Part shown: piece by piece, positions 19,679 to 30,063 of the stretch
Layout of the letters: every line of letters starts with the position of its first letter
Position numbering within the stretch: the stretch's first letter is position 1
Assembly: GCA_963726455.1 (NCBI GenBank)
Contig: CAVSCK010000005.1
Location: 160,001-224,000 of the forward strand
Length of the DNA stretch: 64,000 bases
From: an uncultured bacterium
GTDB taxonomy: Bacteria; Zixibacteria; MSB-5A5; CAIYYT01
Direction: 5' to 3'
Position numbers and translations under genes: made by a program
The notes under the pieces: model-generated
What the model was told of the DNA's origin: nothing
The model's input: the letters and a program-made list of their open reading frames with translations, nothing else
The model's database searches: none

Positions 19679-22255
19679 ATGACTATGGTTAAAGCTCTCA
19701 GATATGTTCAGGTGGAGCCGGTTCTGCCCGATGGGTTGAAACCGCTCAAGGAAATTGCGCTTAATCTCTGGTGGACCTGGAATCAGGACGCCATTCGTCT
19801 CTTCCGCCGCGTTGACAACAAACTCTGGGAAGAGACGGGACACAATCCAATCAAACTCCTAAGCCAGATGCCGCAGGAGAAGCTGGAGAAACTCGAACGC
19901 GATCTCAGCTTCCGGGCGCATCTGGAAGGTGTCTATCGCAATCTGGTCGTCTACCAACACAACAGCAACTGGTTCAATGAACAGCACTTTCAAAGCGAAC
20001 AGCCGGAGATCGCCTACTTTTCCGCCGAATTCGGCATCACGGAGTGTCTGCCGATTTATTCCGGCGGCCTGGGCGTGCTTGCCGGCGATCACCTGAAATC
20101 ATCATCGGATCTTGGATTACCCTTGATCGGCTTCGGATTGTTGTACCAGCGCGGCTACTTCCAGCAGTATCTCAACGCCGACGGCTGGCAACAAGAATAC
20201 TATCCTGATCTCGATTTCTCCGCGCTGCCGATCACCGAGGCACTTGATCGCAACGGGCAGCCATTGATCGTGAGCATCGATTTCCCCGGACGCAAGGTCT
20301 GGATCAAAGTTTGGAAAGCACAGGTCGGCCGGACACCGCTGTATCTGCTGGACACCAGCATTCCGCAGAACTCCGGCGAGGATCGTGAAATCACGAGCCA
20401 CCTGTACGGCGGCGATAACGACACCCGCATCCGTCAGGAAATGGTGCTCGGTATCGGTGGAGTGACGGCACTCGACGAATTAGGTTATGCCCCGTCCGTG
20501 TATCACATGAATGAAGGACATTCGGCATTTCTGGCGATCGACCGGACACGCCGCCACATGGAGAAGGACGGATTGTCCTACCGTGAAGCCGCCCTCTTAG
20601 TCAAGCAGACCACGATATTTACGACCCACACTCCCGTGCAGGCAGGAATCGACCGGTTTTCGCGGGAACTCGTGGAAAGATATTTCCGGCATTACTTGCC
20701 CAAATTGGGACTGAGCTTCGGCGAGTTTTTCGCGCTCGGGCAGCAGCATGAGCGTGAACATTCTTCCGAGTTCAACATGGCCCATCTCGCCATGAATTTC
20801 TCGTCATATATCAATGGCGTCTCGAAATTGCACGCCGAAGTTTCGCGGCGAATGTGGCAGTCATCCTGGCCAAAGGTTCCATTGGAGGAAATTCCGCTGA
20901 CTGCGATCACAAACGGCGTTCATACCCGCTCCTGGATTTCGGCCGAGATTTGCGAATTGTATGATCGTTACCTCGGAATCGGCTGGCTGGAAGAGGCCGC
21001 CAATCACACTTTCTGGTCGAATGTCGACGAGATCAATGACAGCGAACTCTGGCGCATACACGAGATGCGGCGCGAGAAGATGATTTCCTTTGTGAGACGC
21101 CGTCTGCGCGACCAGTACCAGCGACGCGGCGCCACGGCCGCCGAAATCAGACAGGCCAGCGAGGTTCTCAATGCGGGCTATCTTACGATCGGTTTCTCAC
21201 GGCGCTTTGCCGCCTACAAGCGCGGCACTCTGATCTTCCGAAATATCGAACGACTGAAAAAGATTCTCAACCACACCGATCGGCCGGTGCAACTGATCTT
21301 TGCCGGCAAAGCTCATCCCCGCGACAACTACGGCAAAGAGCTTATCAAGACCATCGTGCATCTGGCCCGCGATCCCCTGTTCCGCGATCGCATAGTCTTT
21401 CTGGAAAATTACGATCTCGCTGTTGCCCGCTATCTGGTGCAAGGCGTCGACATCTGGCTTAATACGCCGCGCCGGCCGATGGAAGCATCCGGCACCAGCG
21501 GCATGAAGGTAATCTTCAACGGCGGACTTAATCTCAGCGTTTTGGACGGCTGGTGGTGCGAGGGATACAACGTCAATACCGGCTGGGCGATCGGCTCCGG
21601 CGAGGAATACGACAATCTCGACTACCAGGATGATGTCGAGGCGAATGCGCTGTACGACGTACTCGAAAAGGAAATAGCGCCGCTGTTTTACGATCGCAGC
21701 CGGGACAATATTCCGCGCGATTGGCTGGCCAAAATGAAGTGTTCGATCAAGACATTGGCGCCGATGTTCAATTCCAATCGCATGGTGCAGGAGTATACGG
21801 AGAAATTCTACGTCAACGCGTATCGACAGAACAAGATTCTGCGCCACGAGAATTTCGCCGAGGTGAAATCGCTGGCCAGTTGGTACAAACACCTGGTCGA
21901 CAAGTGGTCCGACGTACGCATTCTTGAGATCAGCACCAAGACGCCGCCGAAGCTTAACGTAAACGAGGAAATTCAGATCGAAGCCAAGATCTTCGTGGGT
22001 GAATTAACGCCGGACGATGTCGCCGTCGAACTTTACATGGGCAAGCTATCGACGTCGGGAGAAATCATCGATCCGATGTCAGTCGAGATGACCGCCGACG
22101 GCAATCCGCACGCCGGCATCTACAATTATCACTGCGCCAAACCCCTGTCGTCCAGCGGCCGGCTGGGCTACTCGGTGCGAGTGTTGCCGGGCCACCGCAG
22201 TCTCGTGCATCCTTTGGAGATGCGCCTGATCACCTGGGCCGAGGGCGACCTGTAA
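19679..22255 (+). CDS. glgP: Alpha-glucan (glycogen) phosphorylase
   Basis: YSGGLGVLAGD, HMNEGH, EASGTSGMK (PLP lysine). Confidence 0.95.
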   Translation: MTMVKALRYVQVEPVLPDGLKPLKEIALNLWWTWNQDAIRLFRRVDNKLWEETGHNPIKLLSQMPQEKLEKLERDLSFRAHLEGVYRNLVVYQHNSNWFNEQHFQSEQPEIAYFSAEFGITECLPIYSGGLGVLAGDHLKSSSDLGLPLIGFGLLYQRGYFQQYLNADGWQQEYYPDLDFSALPITEALDRNGQPLIVSIDFPGRKVWIKVWKAQVGRTPLYLLDTSIPQNSGEDREITSHLYGGDNDTRIRQEMVLGIGGVTALDELGYAPSVYHMNEGHSAFLAIDRTRRHMEKDGLSYREAALLVKQTTIFTTHTPVQAGIDRFSRELVERYFRHYLPKLGLSFGEFFALGQQHEREHSSEFNMAHLAMNFSSYINGVSKLHAEVSRRMWQSSWPKVPLEEIPLTAITNGVHTRSWISAEICELYDRYLGIGWLEEAANHTFWSNVDEINDSELWRIHEMRREKMISFVRRRLRDQYQRRGATAAEIRQASEVLNAGYLTIGFSRRFAAYKRGTLIFRNIERLKKILNHTDRPVQLIFAGKAHPRDNYGKELIKTIVHLARDPLFRDRIVFLENYDLAVARYLVQGVDIWLNTPRRPMEASGTSGMKVIFNGGLNLSVLDGWWCEGYNVNTGWAIGSGEEYDNLDYQDDVEANALYDVLEKEIAPLFYDRSRDNIPRDWLAKMKCSIKTLAPMFNSNRMVQEYTEKFYVNAYRQNKILRHENFAEVKSLASWYKHLVDKWSDVRILEISTKTPPKLNVNEEIQIEAKIFVGELTPDDVAVELYMGKLSTSGEIIDPMSVEMTADGNPHAGIYNYHCAKPLSSSGRLGYSVRVLPGHRSLVHPLEMRLITWAEGDL

Positions 22256-22284
22256 TCACGATATCGTCTGACAGACAAGACAAT

Positions 22285-22365
22285 GAACGGCAGCCGGCAC
22301 GGGCTGCCGTTTCAGTTTGTGGACACAAAGAAAGCGGGAGTCCGTCTGTGAAGACGAACTCCCGT
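22285..22365. terminator. Two adjacent hairpins between convergent genes
   Basis: AACGGCAGCC..GGCTGCCGTT and GCGGGAGT.CGTC..GACGAACTCCCGT. Confidence 0.6.
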
Positions 22366-22410
22366 TATTAGCGGAAAAGTAATCAGGATCTAAATCGATC
22401 CGTCAGACTT

Positions 22411-25400
22411 TTACTTTCCGGAGCAAGGAGCCGGACCACCCGAGAAGATGTACTGAATCATGTACACCGCATCGGAGATGTCAATCGCGCGATCACAGTT
22501 GGTGTCGCCGACAAGCATGTTCGACGGACCAGGCTGTCCCGCGAAAATGAATCCAATCATCGCGACTGGATCGGAGATGTCCAGATTACCACTCAGGTCA
22601 AAGTCACCAGGAAGCACAACGAAGTTAGACGGGGTAATAAACTGTCCCGGGTTAACCGAGCTGTGTCCGATGAGAGCCACGCTGCCTACGATGGAAAACG
22701 GAGTCGCATCGTTGAAAGTACCTGCTACGGTGAACGTACCGTCGGTGCTATCATACAATGTGCCATAGAACGGCAGGAAGGCGGTCGCCGGCATCGATAC
22801 CTTCACCGCGCCGCAATAGATACCAGTGTAACTGGCAACCACTGTGGCCGGAGCGGACGTGCCATTGACCGTAACAGACGCCAGATTGACGTCACCGGCC
22901 AGATGGCCACCGCCGAAGTTACCGACGTAGAACTGGTCGACAATCGGATCAATCGCCTGCGTGAAGTAGGCATACTGCGGATTCGGTACGATTACCGCGG
23001 TCGGCGGAACCACCGGATACGGAGCAAGATTGATCGTGTAGTCTTCAACTTCACCGTAGGACGTGTTGCCGCAAGGAGCGACTGCGCCGGTGTAGGTGAT
23101 TCTGACTCTCATCAGCTTCGTGCCAGGAGTGACCGTGCAAGGCGCGGTGATCGTGCCATGGTATGGGCCACCACCCGGGGTGCCGGAGAACACAATTTGC
23201 TCATCCGAGGCAAAGCAGAAGTCGTTATTCCAATCGATCCAGCCACCGCACTGGTCACTGCTGTACGGAAGACCGTTAGTCACGGTAATCGCATAGCTGA
23301 GACCCTGCGTCATGTTGGCCTGCATCGACGTGAAGTCGGAATATCCGCCGCCACCGCAGCTGGACGAATTGTTGAGGTCAGCCACGGAAACGTTGCTGAT
23401 GTACTCGTCGCACAGACTCGTGCCCGCGGTACAGTAATTGACAACCGGTACACCGTTCACATGAATCGTGTACGGACCGGAAGCATCGTAACCCGGGTCA
23501 TTGAGCACCGGCAGATACCAGGTGCCGGCCGGCAGACCTTGGAACGTAATTGTGACGTTACCGTCGCCGCAAGCCGTGAAGTTGTAGCTGCCAATTACGT
23601 AATTGCCGCAGGGGCAACCATCGACAACTACGATGTAGACGTTACCAAAGGCCGGGGTCGTGCCGCAATAGTCAACGGTCACGTTCATGCACTCGGTCGT
23701 CGTGAAAGCATGCCAGGCTTCGTCGCCAAGCAGCGCGCAGTCGGTCGTGGCACCGGCGTTGTTACCCGTGAAGGTAAGCGGAGTGCCGGCAACCAACGCT
23801 TCCGGCGTAACCGAGGTGCAATTGTCGTTCGGCGGAGGAGGCGTGCAGGATGTAGTCAGGAATCCGTTGCCGCTGGCGGTGCCGTAACCACCAACCTGAA
23901 TCAGGTACTGGTGTCCGACTGTGCCGGCGAACGAAACCATTGACTGTACTCCGCAAGCATCGTCGTTCTGTGCAATCAGAACGCTCGGCGGGCAGGTGAA
24001 GCCGTCGAATACCTGGAGTTTGGTATCGAACCCGGAACCGCAAAGGCTGACAACCACGCCGCCATCGCAGTCAGCGGTATACGCGTACCAGATATCATTA
24101 GAAGTTATATACGAATCCGGACCATCCGGGGTGCCCTGCACAGTTGAGAACGCCAGATTGGTAACATTGCCAATCGCGATTGCGTTGGCGCAGTTATCAT
24201 TCGACGGCGGGCCGGCCGGGACGGTGAAGGACATATCAAAACTAGGAATGCATGTCGGCGAGGGCCATGTATCTACGATGAGATAATAGGTGCCGGCAGT
24301 AAGACTGACGCCATACATCGTCTGGGCTGCACCACTGGATGAGGCCGTCTTCATATAGAGACAGGTCGTCGGATCGGGCGGGCAGGCGTCGTCAATCAGG
24401 AAGCCCATGTAAGTCGTGCCCTTGGGATCGATAGTCAGATCGAAGGTCGTCGCTTGAGTGAGCTCGAGTTTGTAGACGATGTCTTCGCCACCGTCATAGT
24501 AGCCAAGGCAGGTGGTGCCATTATAGTCGTCACCCAAACCGCAGTTCGACTGATTGAGAATCGATACTGGCAGAGTAGTCGGATCGAGCGCGATCGGAAT
24601 GGCTGAGGCGCAGTCAACACCAGGTGTCGGGGCGCCGCAGCTGGTCGTCAACACACCGGCGCCGACGTTGGTGCCATAACCGGCGACTTCAATCAGGAAC
24701 TGCTGACCGGTAACGCACGGGAACGTCGCCTTGGAAGCGTACGCGCTTCCAGTCGGGAAACCGCTGCAACCGTCGTCATTGGTCGCTGCCACAAGCGTCG
24801 GAGGGCAGGTCGTGCCGTCCCAAACACGGATCTTGGTATCCATAGCGGTACCACAGAGTGAGGCAGTGCCAACGCCGTCGCAAGACGCAGTATAAGCGAA
24901 CCAAACGTTCGGAGCAGTTATGAAGCCGCCCGGCCCGTCAAGCGTAGCTGACGAGGTGTTCCACGCCAAGTCGGTAACGTCGCCAATCGCTGTAGCACTG
25001 GCGCAGTTGTCGTTGGCCGGCGGAAGAGCCATTGCTTGGAACACAAGATCAAAAGCCGGAATGCAGTTCGGGGTCGGCCAAGTGTCGACCATCATGTAGT
25101 AAGTGCCGGCTGCAAGCGTGACACCCGAAAGAGTGTAGGCCGTGCCGCCGCTGCTGGTCTTTGAATACAGGCAGGCTGTGGGATCCAGTGGGCAAGCATC
25201 ATCGATGGCCCAGCCGGTCCAGGCCGAACCCTTGGGATCAAGCGTAATGCTGATCGAGATCGGGTCGGTAACGGTTATTTTGTAGGTAACATCCTCGCCG
25301 CCGTCATAGGAACCAAGGCAGGTGTTGGAATAAGTATTTCCATTGCCGCAGTTAGTCTGACCGGCAACAGTCTGCGGGAGACTGCCCGCGCCGAGGGTAA

Positions 25401-25692
25401 TTGACAACGGGTTTGAACAATCGTAGGCATTCGTGCCTTCGGGCGACGAAGCAACTTCGCTGGCGTTCGGGTTGATTGCGCCTTCGGGAAGTTCCTTGAT
25501 GCTCGCGGGATCTGCGGGATGCTCGGTGCCGTTCGCAGCATTCTTCAATTGAATGTTCGAATCAGCGGGACGGTCCATTTTAACTTTGATTTGGACCGGC
25601 GTATCTTGTTTCACAGCGAGAGCGGAGGTACACAGCGCCAACACTGCGAGCAAAGTAACGAGAATCCGTAACGTCATTCTACATGAACTCAT
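22411..25692 (-). CDS. Large secreted modular Cys-rich protein: repeated PPC-like modules, GEVED domain, C-terminal dockerin
   Basis: Signal peptide; duplicated YDGGED..TYY..VDTWP and NDNC..A modules; YGEVEDY; GDFDLSGNLDISD...GDTNCDRAIDISDAVY. Confidence 0.85.
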   Translation of the reverse strand: MSSCRMTLRILVTLLAVLALCTSALAVKQDTPVQIKVKMDRPADSNIQLKNAANGTEHPADPASIKELPEGAINPNASEVASSPEGTNAYDCSNPLSITLGAGSLPQTVAGQTNCGNGNTYSNTCLGSYDGGEDVTYKITVTDPISISITLDPKGSAWTGWAIDDACPLDPTACLYSKTSSGGTAYTLSGVTLAAGTYYMMVDTWPTPNCIPAFDLVFQAMALPPANDNCASATAIGDVTDLAWNTSSATLDGPGGFITAPNVWFAYTASCDGVGTASLCGTAMDTKIRVWDGTTCPPTLVAATNDDGCSGFPTGSAYASKATFPCVTGQQFLIEVAGYGTNVGAGVLTTSCGAPTPGVDCASAIPIALDPTTLPVSILNQSNCGLGDDYNGTTCLGYYDGGEDIVYKLELTQATTFDLTIDPKGTTYMGFLIDDACPPDPTTCLYMKTASSSGAAQTMYGVSLTAGTYYLIVDTWPSPTCIPSFDMSFTVPAGPPSNDNCANAIAIGNVTNLAFSTVQGTPDGPDSYITSNDIWYAYTADCDGGVVVSLCGSGFDTKLQVFDGFTCPPSVLIAQNDDACGVQSMVSFAGTVGHQYLIQVGGYGTASGNGFLTTSCTPPPPNDNCTSVTPEALVAGTPLTFTGNNAGATTDCALLGDEAWHAFTTTECMNVTVDYCGTTPAFGNVYIVVVDGCPCGNYVIGSYNFTACGDGNVTITFQGLPAGTWYLPVLNDPGYDASGPYTIHVNGVPVVNYCTAGTSLCDEYISNVSVADLNNSSSCGGGGYSDFTSMQANMTQGLSYAITVTNGLPYSSDQCGGWIDWNNDFCFASDEQIVFSGTPGGGPYHGTITAPCTVTPGTKLMRVRITYTGAVAPCGNTSYGEVEDYTINLAPYPVVPPTAVIVPNPQYAYFTQAIDPIVDQFYVGNFGGGHLAGDVNLASVTVNGTSAPATVVASYTGIYCGAVKVSMPATAFLPFYGTLYDSTDGTFTVAGTFNDATPFSIVGSVALIGHSSVNPGQFITPSNFVVLPGDFDLSGNLDISDPVAMIGFIFAGQPGPSNMLVGDTNCDRAIDISDAVYMIQYIFSGGPAPCSGK

Positions 25693-26084
25693 GGATTCAC
25701 CTTTCTTTACCTAAAAGTTGAAGTATCAGTTGTTTCTCGATTGCGACATCCGTCCTGAGGACTCAGACGGATTAGACCATAGTTGTCTCCTCCCTCATGT
25801 CATTTGGTTCGTGTTGCACTTTACCATACATGTGATTGCTTGGTGTGTGGCGCACCGCCGGCGCCAACTCACATATTTAAGATTTAACTCAACTTAAACA
25901 GCGTCTCGATGATAAGACCTTTGGTTAACCTGTGCTAAAATTATGAACAAACGACGAATTGTCAACATTTTTTTGTAGTTTCACCGAGATTAAGCCAAAA
26001 ATCAGCCGGGAGGCGAATCACCACCGAGGCAGTCCTCTTTCCGGTTTTTCGAGCATTCCCCACTCCAGATGTTAGAGGATATCG

Positions 26085-26113
26085 TTGACATTGTCAGGCC
26101 GGGGTGTTATAGT
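26085..26113 (+). promoter_or_regulatory. sigma70 promoter
   Basis: TTGACA-17-TATAGT with extended TG. Confidence 0.75.
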
Positions 26114-26191
26114 ACGAATTCTAATTTAGCGGGCTGATTGTCCCGGCATAAAAAGGATTATCGTAATTTCGAGTATACAGGACAGGAATTG

Positions 26192-28045
26192 ATGGCAGAA
26201 AAGAAACCGCAAGATATTGAAGTAATACTGGCAACTGATTGTGGTTCAACCACAACCAAAGCCATTCTGATTGAGAAAAGAGACGGCCAATATCGGTTGA
26301 TCGTCCGCGGCGAAGCACCGACAACAGTTGAGGCGCCGTTCGAGGATGTTACGATGGGCGTGCTCAATGCGGTCGGCGAAGTCGAGGAGTTGTCGGGCCG
26401 GAAGCTTCTGGACGAAAACGGGAAGATCATCACCCCCCGGTCGCCGGACGGCCAGAAGGTCGGAACGGATATTTACATCTCGACCAGCTCGGCCGGTGGT
26501 GGCCTCCAGATGATGGTAGCCGGAGTGGTGCGCTCGATGACTGCCGAATCGGCGGAACGGGCGGCATTGGGAGCGGGCGCAATCGTGATGGATGTGATTG
26601 CCTCGAATGACAAACGCCAACCCTATCAGCAGATTGAGCGCATTCGGCACCTGCGTCCGGATATGATCCTGTTGTCGGGCGGCATCGACGGCGGCACTAC
26701 GACGCACGTGGTTGAAATAGCGGAATTGATCTCGGCAGCCGATCCCAGACCACGGCTCGGGTCGAGTTACAAGCTGCCCGTGATCTATGCCGGTAATATC
26801 GAAGCTCGCAAGGCGGTTAGTGACACACTGAAGGAAAAGGTTGATCTGATCATTACCGACAACTTACGACCGGTGCTGGAGCGCGAGAATCTGCTGCCCG
26901 CGCGCGAAGCCATCCACGATCTGTTCCTCGAGCACGTGATGGCGCAGGCGCCGGGATACCGCAAGCTGATGGGTATGACTGATGCACCAATCATGCCGAC
27001 ACCGGGCGCAGTCGGATTAATCATCAAGACAATTTCCGAGATCGAGAAAATCGAAGTGGTCGGTGTCGACATCGGTGGCGCCACGACCGACGTGTTCTCG
27101 GTATTTCAGGGAGTGTTCAACCGCACGGTGTCCGCCAACCTCGGGATGAGCTACTCGGTGTCGAACGTGTTTGCCGAAGCCGGATTGCCGAACGTCATGC
27201 GCTGGGTACCGTTCCACATGGAAGAACGCGACCTGCGCAACCGCGTGAAGAACAAGATGATTCGCCCGACGACGATTCCGCAATCGATGGAAGAACTGAT
27301 TTTCGAGCAAGCCATCGCCAAGGAAGCACTGCGGCTGGCGTTTATTCAGCACAAGAATTTTGCCACCGTGCTCAAAGGCGTGCAGCAGCAGCGGACGATC
27401 GCCGACGCGTTCGATCAGAAAGCATCGGGCGGTACGCTGGTCAATATGATGACGCTGAATATGCTGATCGGTTCGGGCGGTGTGTTGTCACACGCGCCGC
27501 GCCGCCAGCAGTCGGCGTTGATGATGATCGACGCTTTCCTACCGGAAGGCATTACGCGCCTGTCGGTCGATTCGATTTTCATGATGCCGCAGTTGGGCGT
27601 GTTATCGACGGTGCATCCGCAGGCGGCGACGGAAGTGTTCAACAAGGACTGCCTTATTCATCTCGGCACTTGCATTGCGCCGGCAGGCGACGCCAAAGAA
27701 GGCCGGGAGATGATGGAATATCATCTGGAATTCCCGGACGGCCGCAAGGAAGACGGCAAGCTGATGTTCGGCGAGATGAAATGTTTCCCGCTCGGTTTTG
27801 ACGAAAAGACCGCTCTACCTTTGAAGGCCAAAGCATCATTCAAACCTTCGGGCAAGTTGGATATCGGATCCGGACCGGGGACGAATACCGAAACGGAAGT
27901 GTCGGGCGGCGTGGTCGGAGTCATTCTCGACGGCCGAGGCAGACCGTTCGTGCTGCCCACCGATGATGCAATAAGAGTGCGCAAGTTGAAAGAGTGGATG
28001 ACGACTCTGAACATTTATCCGAAAGAGGCGCTGGAGAGAGCTTGA
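26192..28045 (+). CDS. glmL: Glutamate mutase L (GlmL/MutL)-like ASKHA ATPase
   Basis: ATDCGSTTTK, TSSAGGGL, LSGGIDGG, MPTP, VDIGGATTDVFS. Confidence 0.85.
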   Translation: MAEKKPQDIEVILATDCGSTTTKAILIEKRDGQYRLIVRGEAPTTVEAPFEDVTMGVLNAVGEVEELSGRKLLDENGKIITPRSPDGQKVGTDIYISTSSAGGGLQMMVAGVVRSMTAESAERAALGAGAIVMDVIASNDKRQPYQQIERIRHLRPDMILLSGGIDGGTTTHVVEIAELISAADPRPRLGSSYKLPVIYAGNIEARKAVSDTLKEKVDLIITDNLRPVLERENLLPAREAIHDLFLEHVMAQAPGYRKLMGMTDAPIMPTPGAVGLIIKTISEIEKIEVVGVDIGGATTDVFSVFQGVFNRTVSANLGMSYSVSNVFAEAGLPNVMRWVPFHMEERDLRNRVKNKMIRPTTIPQSMEELIFEQAIAKEALRLAFIQHKNFATVLKGVQQQRTIADAFDQKASGGTLVNMMTLNMLIGSGGVLSHAPRRQQSALMMIDAFLPEGITRLSVDSIFMMPQLGVLSTVHPQAATEVFNKDCLIHLGTCIAPAGDAKEGREMMEYHLEFPDGRKEDGKLMFGEMKCFPLGFDEKTALPLKAKASFKPSGKLDIGSGPGTNTETEVSGGVVGVILDGRGRPFVLPTDDAIRVRKLKEWMTTLNIYPKEALERA

Positions 28046-28120
28046 TCATAGGGGCGATGTCGCAGGGTGAGCGGCGCCGCCGTTGAATAAGAGATTTACG
28101 ATTTGGTTTAGAGGCAATAA

Positions 28121-29248
28121 ATGGCACATACCTATACCCCCGGTTTGAAAGTTTCCGAAAAGGAACTGATTACCAAGAAGAGAATTCTCCCGCTCAAGGG
28201 TGACGTGATCGTCAAAGTCGGCGACAAGGTTCATCCCGATGACGTGGTAGCGCGCACGCATCTTCCCGGCCCGGTGGAAACCACCAACGTCGCCAATATC
28301 CTGGGCGTGCCGCCGGAAGACATCATGGCTTGCATGCTGAAGAAAGAAGGCGATCCGGTCAAGCCAAATGAAGTGATCGCGATGAACAAGTCATTCTTCG
28401 GGCTGTTCAAGTCGGAAGCGCGCTCCAAGATCGAAGGCAGCATCGAGACCATCTCGCAAGTCACCGGACAGGTGCTGCTGCGCGGCCTGCCGGTACCGGT
28501 GCAAGTCAAGGCATACCTGGAATCGGAAGTCGTGGAGACTTTCCCGAAAGAGGGTGTAGCGGTGTCGTGCTATGGATCGTTCGTGCAGGGAATTTTCGGC
28601 ATCGGCGGCGAGACGCACGGCGAATTGAAATGCGTGGTGCCGGATAACAGAACACCGCTGACCGACAACCTGATCGACGAATCATGCAAAGGCAAGATTC
28701 TGCTCGGTGGGTCAATCGTTACGGCGGATGCAGTTAGAAAAGCGATTAAGGTCGGAGCAGCGGGAATTGTCACCGGCGGGTTTTCGGACAAAGACCTACG
28801 CGATTTCCTTGGCTACGATATCGGTGTGGCGATTACCGGTTCAGAAGATCTCGGTGTGACGCTGGTGTTCACCGAGGGATTCGGCGAGATCATGATGGCG
28901 AAGAAGACGTTCGATCTGCTCAAGTCCAAAGTCGGCCAAATTGCCTGTATCAACGGCGCAACACAGATTCGCGCGGGCGTCATTCGGCCGGAAGTGATTA
29001 TACCGATCAAGAGCGATATCAAAATAACTCAAGGCGTCGCCGCCAAGCACGGGCAAGGTCTGGACATCGGATCGCCAATTCGCGTGATTCGCGCCCCCTA
29101 TTTCGGCAAGCTGGGCAAGGTGACGGCATTACCATCACCGTTGCAGGTACTCGAATCGGAATCCAAGGCGCGTGTGCTGGAGGTGGAGTTTGAATCGGGT
29201 GAAAGGGCGACAATTCCGCGGGCGAATGTGGAGATGATCGAGGAGTAG
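28121..29248 (+). CDS. Conserved hypothetical protein typically linked to GlmL-like genes (barrel-sandwich hybrid repeats, C-terminal KOW-like)
   Basis: AYTPGL-like N-terminus, QGIFGIGGE, GATQIRAGVIRPE, IPRANVE. Confidence 0.75.
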   Translation: MAHTYTPGLKVSEKELITKKRILPLKGDVIVKVGDKVHPDDVVARTHLPGPVETTNVANILGVPPEDIMACMLKKEGDPVKPNEVIAMNKSFFGLFKSEARSKIEGSIETISQVTGQVLLRGLPVPVQVKAYLESEVVETFPKEGVAVSCYGSFVQGIFGIGGETHGELKCVVPDNRTPLTDNLIDESCKGKILLGGSIVTADAVRKAIKVGAAGIVTGGFSDKDLRDFLGYDIGVAITGSEDLGVTLVFTEGFGEIMMAKKTFDLLKSKVGQIACINGATQIRAGVIRPEVIIPIKSDIKITQGVAAKHGQGLDIGSPIRVIRAPYFGKLGKVTALPSPLQVLESESKARVLEVEFESGERATIPRANVEMIEE

Positions 29249-29372
29249 TCGATTCGCTTCTTCTTCCAGAAACTCAGGCGGACGCTACGGCATCCCCTGC
29301 GGGCAATGCATGTCAGCAGATAACCTCCGGTGGCCTTAGTGTTGCGATGCTCAACTGCCGCGTGGTGATTTA

Positions 29373-29717
29373 ATGGTTGATTGGAAAGACGAAAAGGTCT
29401 GGGCGACCTTGTGCCATCTGAGCGCAATCATCGGATTCGTGCTTCCCTTCGGACATATCATCGGACCGTTTATGTTCTGGATGGTCAAGAAAGATGAGTC
29501 GCCGCTGGTTGATTCCTGCGGCAAGGAAGCGATGAATTTTCAGATCAGCATGACGATCTACATGATCATCGCGGTACTGCTGATGCTGGTAATATACGGG
29601 GGGCCCCTATTCGTGGGGCTAGTATTCGTCGATCTGTTCCTGGTGATCAGCGCCTCGGTGAAGACTTCAGAAGGTCAGACATACAGGTATCCACTGACGA
29701 TTCGGTTGATCAAGTGA
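29373..29717 (+). CDS. DUF4870 membrane protein
   Basis: WATLCHLS, GKEAMNFQIS, YRYPLTIRLIK. Confidence 0.9.
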   Translation: MVDWKDEKVWATLCHLSAIIGFVLPFGHIIGPFMFWMVKKDESPLVDSCGKEAMNFQISMTIYMIIAVLLMLVIYGGPLFVGLVFVDLFLVISASVKTSEGQTYRYPLTIRLIK

Positions 29718-30063
29718 CTGTGATCTTACTGCGACGGTTTCGGGGGTGAGGATTGCCAGCCGGGAACTGCCCATAATGACGTGTGGGTCGATGTAACAAA
29801 TCGTTCCCCCAATGGCGGTTGTCGATTCGGGAGGAACCTGATTCGATTACGAATATTTGCGAATTATTGCGACCGTGGCCAATGGCGCTTTCAATCGTGC
29901 CGCCGCTTGAGACGATGACGCTGAGTCGCTTCTGGCATCAGCAATTCGCGAGCCGTCGCCGAAATTTTGCCGCCGTTACGCTGCAACGTCAATCGCAATT
30001 GAGATCCTTCTCCGCTTCGCCCAAGGTGAGCGGCTGGACTCCATGCGAGATACAAGAGCATAA

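Noticed and set aside
22663-23943. 426-aa plus-strand ORF
   Set aside because: Antisense shadow of 22411..25692, with no recognisable motifs.
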